From an uncultured Candidatus Binatia bacterium (GTDB lineage Bacteria > Desulfobacterota > Binatia > UBA9968 > CAXXLF01): a stretch of 64,000 nucleotides of DNA. Position 1 is the stretch's first letter, and each line of letters starts with the position of its first letter. Positions 52,865-64,000 of this stretch are shown here, in pieces. The translations under genes and the position numbers were made by a program. The notes below the pieces were generated by a model. It was not told the origin of the DNA. It ran no database searches and worked only from the letters and a program-made list of their open reading frames with translations. Where the stretch lies: positions 1,728,001-1,792,000 of the forward strand of contig OZ244621.1 of the NCBI GenBank assembly GCA_965218425.1, given 5' to 3'.

Positions 52865-53029
52865 GGAAAGCCTTGAGCGGAGTGTGATCTCAGTGGCATG
52901 ACCAGTGAGGAGCGAGGCCCCGCGCAAGGAAAATCCTTTTCTCCGGATCCTACAATTTAAGACTCATATAAGGTTGGGTCAGGCTAGGTCCATTTCTCTG
53001 AACCTAGCTTTTTTGTAGCAGAATTCATC

Positions 53030-53458
53030 ATGATAGACGTAGATTACAGTATATTCATTCAAATTACCCTGTTTCTTCTAATCTGGTTTTTTCTAGCGCG
53101 GTTCGTGTTCAGCCCCTTTCAGCGGCTGCTAGAACAAAGAGAACAAAGAACCGCGGGAATGAAGGTAAAAGCCGATACGCTATTGGAAGAAGCAGACCGC
53201 TTACGAATACAATACGAAGAGAGAATCACCAGGGCAAAAGAGGAGGGAAACTTCCTCAAGGAAGAAATCCGCCAGGAGGCCCTACAGGCAGGGGAACGAA
53301 TTTTGACTCAGGCTCAGGGAGAGGCCGCACGCTTTCTCCAGTCGGCTCGGCAACAGATTCAGGATGAAATGCAAAAGAGTCGAGCGCTGGCCCACCAAGA
53401 GGCGCAGGCCATCGCGCAGGAAATGGCTGAGAAGATTCTGGCGAGGAAAGTCACATGA
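53030..53458 (+). CDS. ATP synthase F0 subunit b'
   Basis: N-terminal TM helix plus coiled coil; first of two b-type genes. Confidence 0.88.
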   Translation: MIDVDYSIFIQITLFLLIWFFLARFVFSPFQRLLEQREQRTAGMKVKADTLLEEADRLRIQYEERITRAKEEGNFLKEEIRQEALQAGERILTQAQGEAARFLQSARQQIQDEMQKSRALAHQEAQAIAQEMAEKILARKVT

Positions 53459-54006
53459 CGGCCTTTGCAATGTTTTATGTCGCGCCGGCATGGGCGGCCG
53501 CTGCCGCCGGCAGTGACGGTCATCTACCTTCCATGACGAGCCTCATCTTTCCTTTGATCAACTTCCTGATCTTTGTGTTTCTCATCCACCGCTTTGCGCT
53601 GCCGGCCGTCAATCATGTCCTCGCCTCACGGCGCGACGAGATAATCGGCGCCGTACAATCCGCAGACGAGAGCTTGGAAAAGGCAGAAGCGGCACTACGG
53701 AGTTACCGGGATCGACTGGCCGCTGCCGACGAAGAAACGAAAACCCTGCTGGAAAGCCTCCAAGGGGAGGGCGAACGGGAAAAGGCGAAGATCCTAGGCG
53801 ACGCCGAGGAGTTGGCGGTAAAGATCAAGGCCGATGCGGACTTCGTTTCACAGCAAGAGACAAAAGTAGCGCGTCAACAGATACGCGACGAGATAGCCCG
53901 AGTCGCCCATGAGGCGGCAGAGAATGTCATCCGATCCAATCTCAGGCCCGTAGACCAGGAGCGTTTCGTGGAGCAATTCCTACAAGGAATTGAAGAGGTC
54001 CGATGA
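53455..54006 (+). CDS. atpF: ATP synthase F0 subunit b
   Basis: INFLIFVFL TM helix plus coiled coil, upstream of atpH. Confidence 0.88.
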   Translation: MTAFAMFYVAPAWAAAAAGSDGHLPSMTSLIFPLINFLIFVFLIHRFALPAVNHVLASRRDEIIGAVQSADESLEKAEAALRSYRDRLAAADEETKTLLESLQGEGEREKAKILGDAEELAVKIKADADFVSQQETKVARQQIRDEIARVAHEAAENVIRSNLRPVDQERFVEQFLQGIEEVR

Positions 54007-54542
54007 TTGAGGGAAGACTAAGCCGACGATACGCTAAGGCCATTTCTGCCCTAGCCAGGGAAGAACACGTTGAGGACAATTTCGCGTTGGAATTGGACCG
54101 TTTCGTCGAAGCTTACAATACCCCCACCCTGAACAGGGTATTAACCAATCCGGCGTTTAGAATTCAAACACGAAAAAATATTGCCGTAGAGATCGCACAG
54201 GCTTTGAATCTTGCCCCCCTGGCAACTCGATTTCTGTCCTTCCTGACGGAGCGGGACCGTCTGGCGTATCTTCCTTCCATTGCACTCCATTACCATCGCC
54301 TTCTGGATGAGGCCAAGGGCAGGGTAGTGGCCCGGATCGTTACCCCCATTCCCCTAGGAGTTGCAATGATGCAAAACGTGACTCGGGTACTCAAAGGGAT
54401 ATGCGGAAAAGAGGTGGTCCTTAAGGAAGAGAGCCGACCCGATCTCATCGGAGGACTCCTGATTGAACTAGAGGGCAAGGTCTATGACGGCAGCATACGG
54501 ACGCAACTCGAAAGAATGAAAGAAACCATCGAACGAGGATAA
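54003..54542 (+). CDS. atpH: ATP synthase F1 delta subunit
   Basis: SRRYAKA, LIGGL, YDGSIRTQL. Confidence 0.93.
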   Translation: MIEGRLSRRYAKAISALAREEHVEDNFALELDRFVEAYNTPTLNRVLTNPAFRIQTRKNIAVEIAQALNLAPLATRFLSFLTERDRLAYLPSIALHYHRLLDEAKGRVVARIVTPIPLGVAMMQNVTRVLKGICGKEVVLKEESRPDLIGGLLIELEGKVYDGSIRTQLERMKETIERG

Positions 54543-54560
54543 ATAAGTCGGAGGAGTGAA

Positions 54561-56068
54561 ATGGATATAGGGACTGCCGAAATCAGCCGGATTATTAAAC
54601 AGCAAATCCAGGATTACGACAAGGGTGTTCAGATTGAAGAAGTCGGCACCGTGTTATCCACCGGTGACGGAATTGCCAGGATTTATGGTCTCCAGAACGC
54701 GGCAGCCGGAGAGCTCCTGTCGTTTCCACACGATGTATACGGCATGGTGCTTAATCTCGAAGAGGATAACGTGGGCGTCTCGCTCTTCGGCGAAACCCAA
54801 CTTATCAAAGAGGGAGACACGGCAAAGCGTACCGGAAAAATCGCCGAGATACCCGTGGGCGGGGCCCTGGTGGGGAGAGTCATCAATCCCCTCGGAGAGC
54901 CCATCGACGGACGAGGCCCCATCGAGGCCAAAGAAAACAGGAGGATCGAACTCAAGGCCCCTGGGATCGTGGCCCGTCAGCCCGTTAAAGAGCCGCTTCA
55001 AACAGGACTCAAAGCCATCGATGCAATGATCCCCATTGGCAGGGGACAGCGTGAACTCATCATAGGAGACCGCCAAACAGGAAAAACGGCGGTTGTGCTC
55101 GATACCATCATCAACCAAAAGGGGGGCGACGTCACCTGCATCTATGTCGCCGTCGGACAGAAGAAATCCACCGTGGCCCAGGCCGTGGACAAGCTCAGAC
55201 AGTATGGCGCAATGGATTACACCGTGGTTGTATCCGCTAGTGCCTCTGAGCCCGCTCCTCTTCAGTACATTGCTCCCTACAGCGGTTGCACCATAGGGGA
55301 GCATATTCGCGATAACGGCGGCCACGCCTTGGTGATCTACGATGACCTCTCCAAGCACGCAGTCGCCTACCGCCAGTTGTCCTTGCTTCTTCGTCGGCCT
55401 CCCGGACGAGAGGCTTTTCCTGGTGATATCTTTTACCTTCACTCCAGGCTATTGGAGAGGGCGGCTAAGCTGAACGAGGCCCTTGGCGGCGGTTCTCTAA
55501 CGGCCCTCCCCATCATTGAAACTCAGGCCGGCGATGTCTCCGCTTATATCCCTACCAACGTCATCTCCATCACCGATGGTCAGATCTATCTCGAGACCGA
55601 TCTCTTTTTCTCGGGCGTGCGCCCGGCCATCAACGTGGGACTCTCCGTTTCCCGAGTGGGAGGCGCCGCGCAGATCAAGGCCATGAAACAGGTGGCCGGA
55701 GGATTGCGTCTCGATCTGGCTCAGTATCGAGAGATGGCCGCTTTCGCTCAGTTTGGGTCCGACTTGGACCAGGCCACTCAACGGCAGATCGCCAGAGGAA
55801 GCCGCCTGGTTGAGATCCTCAAACAAGGACAATACGAACCCCTTCCCGTAGCTAAGCAGATCCTTATTATTTACGCGGGGACCAACGGCTTCGTGGATCA
55901 CCTACCCGTTGAGGCCATCAAGAAATACGAGGAAGAGCTTGTTGCCTTTGTGGAAGCCAAGGCCCCTGACCTATTTGATGAGATTGTGAAGCAACGTGAA
56001 ATAACCGACGAGATCAAGGGAAAGACCAACAGGCTCCTGGAAGATTTCAACGCGAATTTCAAACCCTA

Positions 56069-56069
<1 letters not shown>
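54561..56069 (+). CDS. atpA: ATP synthase F1 alpha subunit
   Basis: [20 protein letters not shown]. Confidence 0.98.
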
Positions 56070-58364
<2,295 letters not shown>

Positions 58365-58892
58365 CGTCACAATCCCGTCAAAAACAATTTAAAATCTTCC
58401 CTTGATACGGCGTTTGAATGATGTTGAGGCCAACAGAGATGCCGATTTGCCAGGCAGGCATACACAGGGCCATCGTGGCAATTTCATCTGCTGTTCCTGT
58501 TTCCATACTTCTCTAGACACCTCTGACCTCGTTAGGAGCGCAAAGCCCGTGCCGCACGATATATTGCGGTCAATCAATTGGATACTACTATTCCTTGTAG
58601 TTCTTTAGTGATCTAATCTATAGTTTCAGTTCAAAAAAATGTTCATGTCGATCCATTATGCGCTACTCTGATTGATCGTTATATCTGTTGGGACCCAAAG
58701 GTGAGACAAGTAGCTCCGGGTTGGCCTGATTCGATAACGACTTAAGATGACGGCGGAATTTGGTAACGGGAGGGATCGGTGAGATGGAATTCCTACCTAG
58801 GGACAAAGTCCTCCTTGACGATCCTGCGTTTAGCCTATTATATATTGATTTCCCGCTGAACCTTTAAGGTTTCGAAGAGAGGAGAGATTTCC

Positions 58893-59993
58893 ATGCCACC
58901 TGTATTTACTTACGATCGTTGGATGGAGTCCAAAGGGATTCCCATCCATCGGGGTTACTACATTGAGGACTTGAGGACCGCAGGTCTTCAATGGTGGGAG
59001 GAACGGCAGTGCAACGCGGCGTTCATGCAGCTTATGGGTCAGGAGGGAGTAACCTCCGCCTGGATCGCAGAGATCCTTCCCGGCAAGACCCTTCCGCCCG
59101 TGAAATTTGCCCTAGACGAAATCGTCTATGTCGTGGAGGGACGTGGAACCACAACCGTTTGGGCCAAAGAGGGGGGACCGAAAAAGACCTTCGAATGGCA
59201 GAAGCACAGCATGTTTCTCATTCCTCATAACTATTACCATCAGATTACCAACATGCAGGGTGACAAGGCTGTACGATTGTTGCGTTACAGCTACCTCCCC
59301 CTAGCCATGTCGGCTTTTCAAGATCCCGGGTTTTTCTTCGACAACCCCTATCAGGGGCCCGATGTTCTTTTCGGCAAAGAAGGCGATTTTTACTCCGAAG
59401 CAAAAGTCCTAGACGACCCAAACGACGTGAGCCAAATCAATACCTGGGGTAGAATCTATTGGTATGGCAATTTTTTTCCTGACATGAGGGCCTGGGATAA
59501 GCTCGACGCCAACAAGGCGCGAGGGGCTGGAGGAAAGAGCGTTTACATGCGTTTCCCCGGCTCGGAAATGTCCGCCCATATGTCAGTATTTGCAGCCCGC
59601 ACATATAAAAAGGCCCATCGCCATGGCCCAGGACGGGTCATTGTCATCCCTGCGGGAGAGGGGTACTCCATCCTTTGGGAAGAAGGGAAAGAAAAAATCG
59701 TAGTCCCCTGGCACGAAGGCAGCGTCTTTGTCCCACCCAACAGATGGTTCCACCAACATTTCAATTTAGGCGGCACTTACGCGCGCTATCTGGCCTTGCA
59801 TCCACCCATGCAGTTCCATGGGCACGCCGAAAAAGTTGAAGACCGCGCGAAAGATCAATTCGAATATCCTGACGAAGATCCAATGATTCGCCAGAAATTC
59901 GAAGCGGAACTGGGCAAACGAGGATACACGAGCCTGATGCCTGAGGAAGCCTACAAAGACAAAAGCTTTGAATTTTCCGCCTCCGCCGCATAA
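58893..59993 (+). CDS. Bicupin protein, paralog of 12434..13561
   Basis: YDRWMESKGIPI start, KKAHRHGPG...GEGYS...PPNRWFHQHFN, YPDEDP tail shared with the paralog; GAGGAG RBS. Confidence 0.88.
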   Translation: MPPVFTYDRWMESKGIPIHRGYYIEDLRTAGLQWWEERQCNAAFMQLMGQEGVTSAWIAEILPGKTLPPVKFALDEIVYVVEGRGTTTVWAKEGGPKKTFEWQKHSMFLIPHNYYHQITNMQGDKAVRLLRYSYLPLAMSAFQDPGFFFDNPYQGPDVLFGKEGDFYSEAKVLDDPNDVSQINTWGRIYWYGNFFPDMRAWDKLDANKARGAGGKSVYMRFPGSEMSAHMSVFAARTYKKAHRHGPGRVIVIPAGEGYSILWEEGKEKIVVPWHEGSVFVPPNRWFHQHFNLGGTYARYLALHPPMQFHGHAEKVEDRAKDQFEYPDEDPMIRQKFEAELGKRGYTSLMPEEAYKDKSFEFSASAA

Positions 59994-60036
59994 CCGGAGT
60001 TTGGTATCGACTTGAACTAATTCAGGAGACACCATC

Positions 60037-61548
60037 ATGCATGATGACGACGAAAATCCGGAACATTTTCATCCCGGTCCTGATAGCATCGTAGAGGAAA
60101 TCGAAGGCCTGGAAATGTTCACGCTCAAAAGCGTGGGCATTGACATCGGCTCCTCCACGTCCCATCTGGTCTTTTCCCGGTTGACCCTTAGACGCGAAGG
60201 CGCGGCTCTGTCTGCAAAATTCAAAGTCACCAATCGAGAAGTGCTGTTCCGTTCCAATATCATGCTGACACCCTACATCTCAGGCACCTTGATTGACACG
60301 GATAAAGTAAAAACCTTCATTCACGATGTTTACCGGGAGGCTGGATTCGTCTCGGAGGATATCGACACCGGTGCCGTGGTGATCACCGGCGAGGCCCTGA
60401 AAAAGGAGAACGCGAAGCCCATCGTGGAGTTTTTCGCCAAAGACTCTGGCAAGTTTATTTGCGCCTCGGCCGGACCGAACCATGAGGCACTGCTTGCTGC
60501 CTATGGTTGTGGGGCAGTGGAGCTTTCCCGCACTCACCAGGCCAACGTTCTGAACGTCGACATGGGGGGCGGCACAACGAAGTTCTCCCTTATCCAAGAC
60601 GGCATCGTAACCCAGACAGCCGCCATCAATGTGGGGGCAAGGCTCATCGCCTTTGACAAGTCCAGTGTCGTCACCAGGGTTGAAGATCCAGCCAGGCTGG
60701 TCATGAAGGAGCTGGGAAATTCAGTGGACCTCGGCAAGAAACTCACCGAAGATGAGAAAGCAGAATTCTCCGCGCTACTGGCGAAACTCATTTTCGAGGT
60801 CATTAATGGGGGTCCCAAATCGCAGTTAGCCAAAGAGCTGATGGTTACAGACCCCTTAAATGGTTACCGGGGTATCGACCAGATCGATTTCATCGTTTTT
60901 TCCGGTGGTGTCTCGGAGCATATTTACGAGCACGACCATACATCATACGGCGATATGGGTCCCCTATTGGCCAAGAGCATGAGAGGGCATCTGAGCAGAG
61001 TCCCCAAGAAAGACTTTTTGCGCGAATCCACCGAAGGCATCCGTGCCACTGTCATTGGCGCGGGAGAGTACACGATCCAGGCAAGTGGTAATACAAGTTA
61101 CATTTCCAACCGCGATGCCCTCCCGGCCTTCGGACTAAAGGTGGTCCGTCCATTCATCGCAGAGGATGAACCGGTAGAACAAGCGGTGAGAACCGCGCTG
61201 GCAAAATTTGACCTATCCTCCTACGGTTCGGGACTAGCGCTGGCGGTTTCCCTCCCCCAACAGCCGGACTATCAATCCATAAGAAATCTCGCAGAGGGCA
61301 TCGCCGCAGTAGTAAAAGAATCAAAGGACGCCAATGCCCCCCTTTATTTGACCCTGGACCTTGATGTGGCTAAGTCGCTGGGTGGGGTTCTAAAAGAAGA
61401 ACTCAAGCTACAGCAAGAAATTATCGCGGTGGATGGAATTGACGTGGGAGACTTGGACTATGTCGATATTGGTCGCCCCATGGGGGTATCCGAGGTCATA
61501 CCCGTCACGGTTAAATCATTGATGTTTCCCACCATAAGTTCGGACTGA
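60037..61548 (+). CDS. EutA-like (reactivase family) ASKHA ATPase, intact
   Basis: SVGIDIGSSTSH, DTGAVVITGE, NVDMGGGTTK, FSGGVSE, IRATVIGA, DYVDIG...IPVTVKSLMF. Confidence 0.88.
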   Translation: MHDDDENPEHFHPGPDSIVEEIEGLEMFTLKSVGIDIGSSTSHLVFSRLTLRREGAALSAKFKVTNREVLFRSNIMLTPYISGTLIDTDKVKTFIHDVYREAGFVSEDIDTGAVVITGEALKKENAKPIVEFFAKDSGKFICASAGPNHEALLAAYGCGAVELSRTHQANVLNVDMGGGTTKFSLIQDGIVTQTAAINVGARLIAFDKSSVVTRVEDPARLVMKELGNSVDLGKKLTEDEKAEFSALLAKLIFEVINGGPKSQLAKELMVTDPLNGYRGIDQIDFIVFSGGVSEHIYEHDHTSYGDMGPLLAKSMRGHLSRVPKKDFLRESTEGIRATVIGAGEYTIQASGNTSYISNRDALPAFGLKVVRPFIAEDEPVEQAVRTALAKFDLSSYGSGLALAVSLPQQPDYQSIRNLAEGIAAVVKESKDANAPLYLTLDLDVAKSLGGVLKEELKLQQEIIAVDGIDVGDLDYVDIGRPMGVSEVIPVTVKSLMFPTISSD

Positions 61549-61560
61549 GCGCGAACGAAT

Positions 61561-62085
61561 CTACGGCAGCCCCCTCCTGGGATTGCCCGTGGAGGCAACC
61601 TGAAGGGACCCTCCCATGCAACGGAACCCTTTGACTATATTTTTCCACTCGGGAAGATAGCGATGGGAACAGTCGCAGGTATCCATGGGACCGCATAGCG
61701 CCTTGAAGGCACCCTCTTCCGTGGGCATCTCCGTGGAAGTCCACTCCCAAACGTCCCCCTCCTTACCTAGCTTCCCCGCCTCGCAAACAGCCAACCATTC
61801 ATCCACTGTGGGGAGCCGCTTTCTCCCTGCCCACCTACAGTATCGGCTTGCATCATACCAGGTGATCAAAACTACCGGCTCACTTTCCCGACCCTCGGGA
61901 TAGCGCCCATCCACCCAATGTTCCGGCACCGGATGACCAGTGGCCTGGGTGAATTTCATGTAATCCCCGTTGGTCACCTCCCTGGGATCCAGGGACACCC
62001 CTGACGAGAGCAACAATAGAGGAAAGAACAGCTCTATAAAATAAACCGGCAAAGCTTTGATCGTCTGATGGGCTCGACTTCGCAT
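61561..62085 (-). CDS. Small formylglycine-generating-enzyme (FGE-sulfatase/SUMF1)-domain protein
   Basis: EVTNGDY, PVVLITWYDA..YC.W..KRLPT.DEW, GDVWEWT and GFRC motifs. ATG at 62085 follows GGAGAG. Confidence 0.8.
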   Translation of the reverse strand: MRSRAHQTIKALPVYFIELFFPLLLLSSGVSLDPREVTNGDYMKFTQATGHPVPEHWVDGRYPEGRESEPVVLITWYDASRYCRWAGRKRLPTVDEWLAVCEAGKLGKEGDVWEWTSTEMPTEEGAFKALCGPMDTCDCSHRYLPEWKNIVKGFRCMGGSLQVASTGNPRRGLP

Positions 62086-62169
62086 GGCTCTCTCCGCGAA
62101 AAAATCCATATCACGAACCTGGAAACATGCCAAGCAGGGGAGGGCCCACACGGGAGTGAGCAACGAGTA

Positions 62170-62280
62170 ACGAGCGCTGAGGGGCAGGCCCCCGAGCCCG
62201 GGTTTTTCTCGGGGAGCGAGTGGCCGAGCGCGGATTATAGGGCGGTACGGTGAGGGATTTGGTGCTCCCCTCGCTCCACG
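62170..62280 (-). repeat. Degenerate copy E of the structured repeat plus shared CTCGG.GGCCTGCCCCTCAGCG segment
   Basis: Minus strand CGAGGGGAGC...CCGCGCTCGG...CTCGCTCCCCGAG, then the same segment as at ~46508-46529. Confidence 0.55.
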
Positions 62281-62333
62281 GGACTCTCGCAGTGGCCCCA
62301 CCCGACCTGCGCTCCTAACATGTCGAGGCTCGT

Positions 62334-62517
62334 CGTGGAGCGAGCCTCCGGCCATGGGCAACAGGCCGGTGAATCTCTGAAGCTGAACGTTCGATGCCCA
62401 CGGCCTTACGTCTCGCTCCCCTCGTCGCCCCGCGTTGTTAGGCGAAGGGGGCCTGGCGCGAAGAAAGGGAGACGTCCGATGCTGGCAGCTCCAGCCGATT
62501 TGGCATGTCAGATCAAA
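62334..62517 (-). repeat. Structured dispersed repeat, long copy C
   Basis: Reverse complement aligns along its full length with 46564-46751. Confidence 0.85.
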
Positions 62518-62810
62518 TGACGTGGCATCGAGACACAAGCCCATCGGCTCCCGCCGAGGGACGGGCCGCCGAGTCGCTAAATCGTTTACGAATCCTAAAT
62601 CCCTAAGGCTTAGACGATGACTTCCTTCGGGTCTGAGCCCCATGGTTCGAATACCTCATCATGACCCGAAGCACGGCCGATGGGTGAGGGTCAAAGACAG
62701 CCGAACCGAAGACTCGTTCCCCGAGGAGAGCCATAATTTCGTCGCAATCACTTCTTTGCAAAACTCACGTGGACACATATGGTGGGTCTAACCGTTGTAG
62801 TTGATGGCAC

Positions 62811-63304
62811 ATGAGCAAAACCATACCAGACATCCATTTGATCCTGAAAGAATTCGATAAACTGCCAAAATTTCCCGATGGCAGGATAGATTATTCCAGC
62901 TCGGACAAAGCACCCGTCTTGACCTGCTTCGTGAGATTCGAGGACAAAATCCTGTTACTGAAGCGAAGCGACAGGGTGGGCACCTACAGGGGGAAATGGC
63001 ACACCGTCGCCGGATACATCGATGAGCCCAAGCCCATCCAACAAAAGGCCCTTGAGGAACTGGAGGAGGAGCCAGATATTCACAGAGAGGACGTTTCCAG
63101 TTTCACGCGGGTGAGCCCTATGAGTTTTTTAACACGGGCGCAAAGAAGAGCTGGAACGTCCACCCCGTCCTAGTGGAACTGAACAACAAACCTGAGGTAA
63201 AATTGGACTGGGAACACACAGAATTCAAGTGGGTCCCGTCCCATGAGGTTGAAAGCTGCGATACGGCTGCGAAGTTGAATGAAAGTTTGAAAAGGGTGCT
63301 GTGA
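62811..63304 (+). pseudogene. NUDIX hydrolase, frameshifted near 63105-63110
   Basis: ILLLKRS...GKWHTVAGYIDE...ALEELEEE (degenerate Nudix box); continues in a shifted frame as GEPYEFF...VHPVLVEL...KLDWEHTEFKWV...SLKRVL*. Confidence 0.75.
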
Positions 63305-63312
63305 AAATACCC

Positions 63313-63729
63313 TCAGGAACCATGACTAGCCGCCTTGTGGCTCCCTTCAACGGTATCGGCCATGACGATCAAGGTCATTCCCTCAGCCCGCAGCACCCTT
63401 ACCCGGCTACCAGAGATAATGGGTAAAACCCCAGGAGCTGTCTCCGCGCGCCACAGCTCCCCCCGCAGATAAATCTGGCCGCGCGGGTCAAGGTCTTGCC
63501 GTGCTACCCCCTTTAACCCAATGAGCTGATCTACACCCGTCTTCGGACCGGACTGATAAGCTACGCGAAGCAGGGGGTAGAAAAGGAAGTCTTTGATCAC
63601 CCACAGGACAAAGCCAATCAGGGCGATCCATACGGGTAAACCGATCCAGTACCGCATGGCCACAAGGATGAGTGCCACGATGATCCATCCGGGTACTTGA
63701 AAGATGAGATACTTATTCCAGGTAGTCAC
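63313..63729 (-). CDS. NfeD family short membrane protein (OB fold)
   Basis: Two TM helices, then LIGLKG...LDPRGQIYLRGELWRAE...RVRV...GMTLIV. Confidence 0.85.
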   Translation of the reverse strand: MTTWNKYLIFQVPGWIIVALILVAMRYWIGLPVWIALIGFVLWVIKDFLFYPLLRVAYQSGPKTGVDQLIGLKGVARQDLDPRGQIYLRGELWRAETAPGVLPIISGSRVRVLRAEGMTLIVMADTVEGSHKAASHGS

Positions 63730-63768
63730 TTTTGCGGCAGGCCAGCCGCTGCGGATGGAAGATGAAAC

Positions 63769-64000
63769 CTAGAAAACGGCGGAAGCGAATTGTCTAAGGG
63801 TCTCCTGCCTATCTCCTTCAACGCCATAGGGAATAATCGCTATCTGATCGATGCCGCTCTCTTTCAACCGCTGTACCTTGGCCCGGCACTCCTGAGAAGT
63901 ACCGGCAAGGGCAAACTTGTCCACCAGCCAATCCGGTATGACCTTGGCCTGATTCGCCTGCTGCTGCATATGTTGATAGTAGTTGTAGGCTTCACGGATT
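63769..64000 (-). CDS. LLM-class (luciferase-like) flavin/F420-dependent oxidoreductase, C-terminal end (runs off the window)
   Basis: IREAYNYYQHM...IPDWLVDKFALAGTSQECRAKVQRLKESGIDQI. Confidence 0.7.
   Translation of the reverse strand, partial: IREAYNYYQHMQQQANQAKVIPDWLVDKFALAGTSQECRAKVQRLKESGIDQIAIIPYGVEGDRQETLRQFASAVF

Noticed and set aside
60037..61548. Calling this an ethanolamine utilisation (eut) locus
   Set aside because: No eutB, eutC, eutH or shell genes in the window, so no gene symbol was assigned.
62086..62643. N-terminal ~185 aa of the 360-aa ORF 61561..62643
   Set aside because: It translates through the non-coding repeat cluster; the real gene probably starts at 62085.
62640..62665. 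tRNA suggested by GGTTCGAAT
   Set aside because: No cloverleaf, D-arm or acceptor stem can be formed around it.

Overview
A 64 kb origin-proximal chromosome segment from a Deltaproteobacteria-like bacterium. The gene content and order suggest a Binatia/Binatota-type organism (inference only). Housekeeping blocks: ispG (partial), glpK, nadA, groES-groEL, a complex I operon lacking nuoB and nuoI, tmk-holB-metG-tatD, mnmE-mnmG-rsmG-parA-parB with parS-like sites, and atpF'FHAGD with no atpC after it. Accessory content: a TetR-MFP-RND efflux unit; a five-gene aromatic-catabolism operon (Rieske oxygenase, LigB-type extradiol dioxygenase, amidohydrolase, bicupin, EutA-like ATPase); a second stand-alone bicupin + EutA-like pair 46 kb away; and several gene remnants. 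The two strongest candidates for undescribed biology are (1) the twice-present bicupin + EutA-like ASKHA ATPase module with no ethanolamine ammonia-lyase (eutBC) in the window, and (2) a dispersed family of intergenic stem-loop elements showing compensatory base changes, interleaved with 7- and 9-mer periodic repeat islands. No rRNA, tRNA or CRISPR array was recognised.
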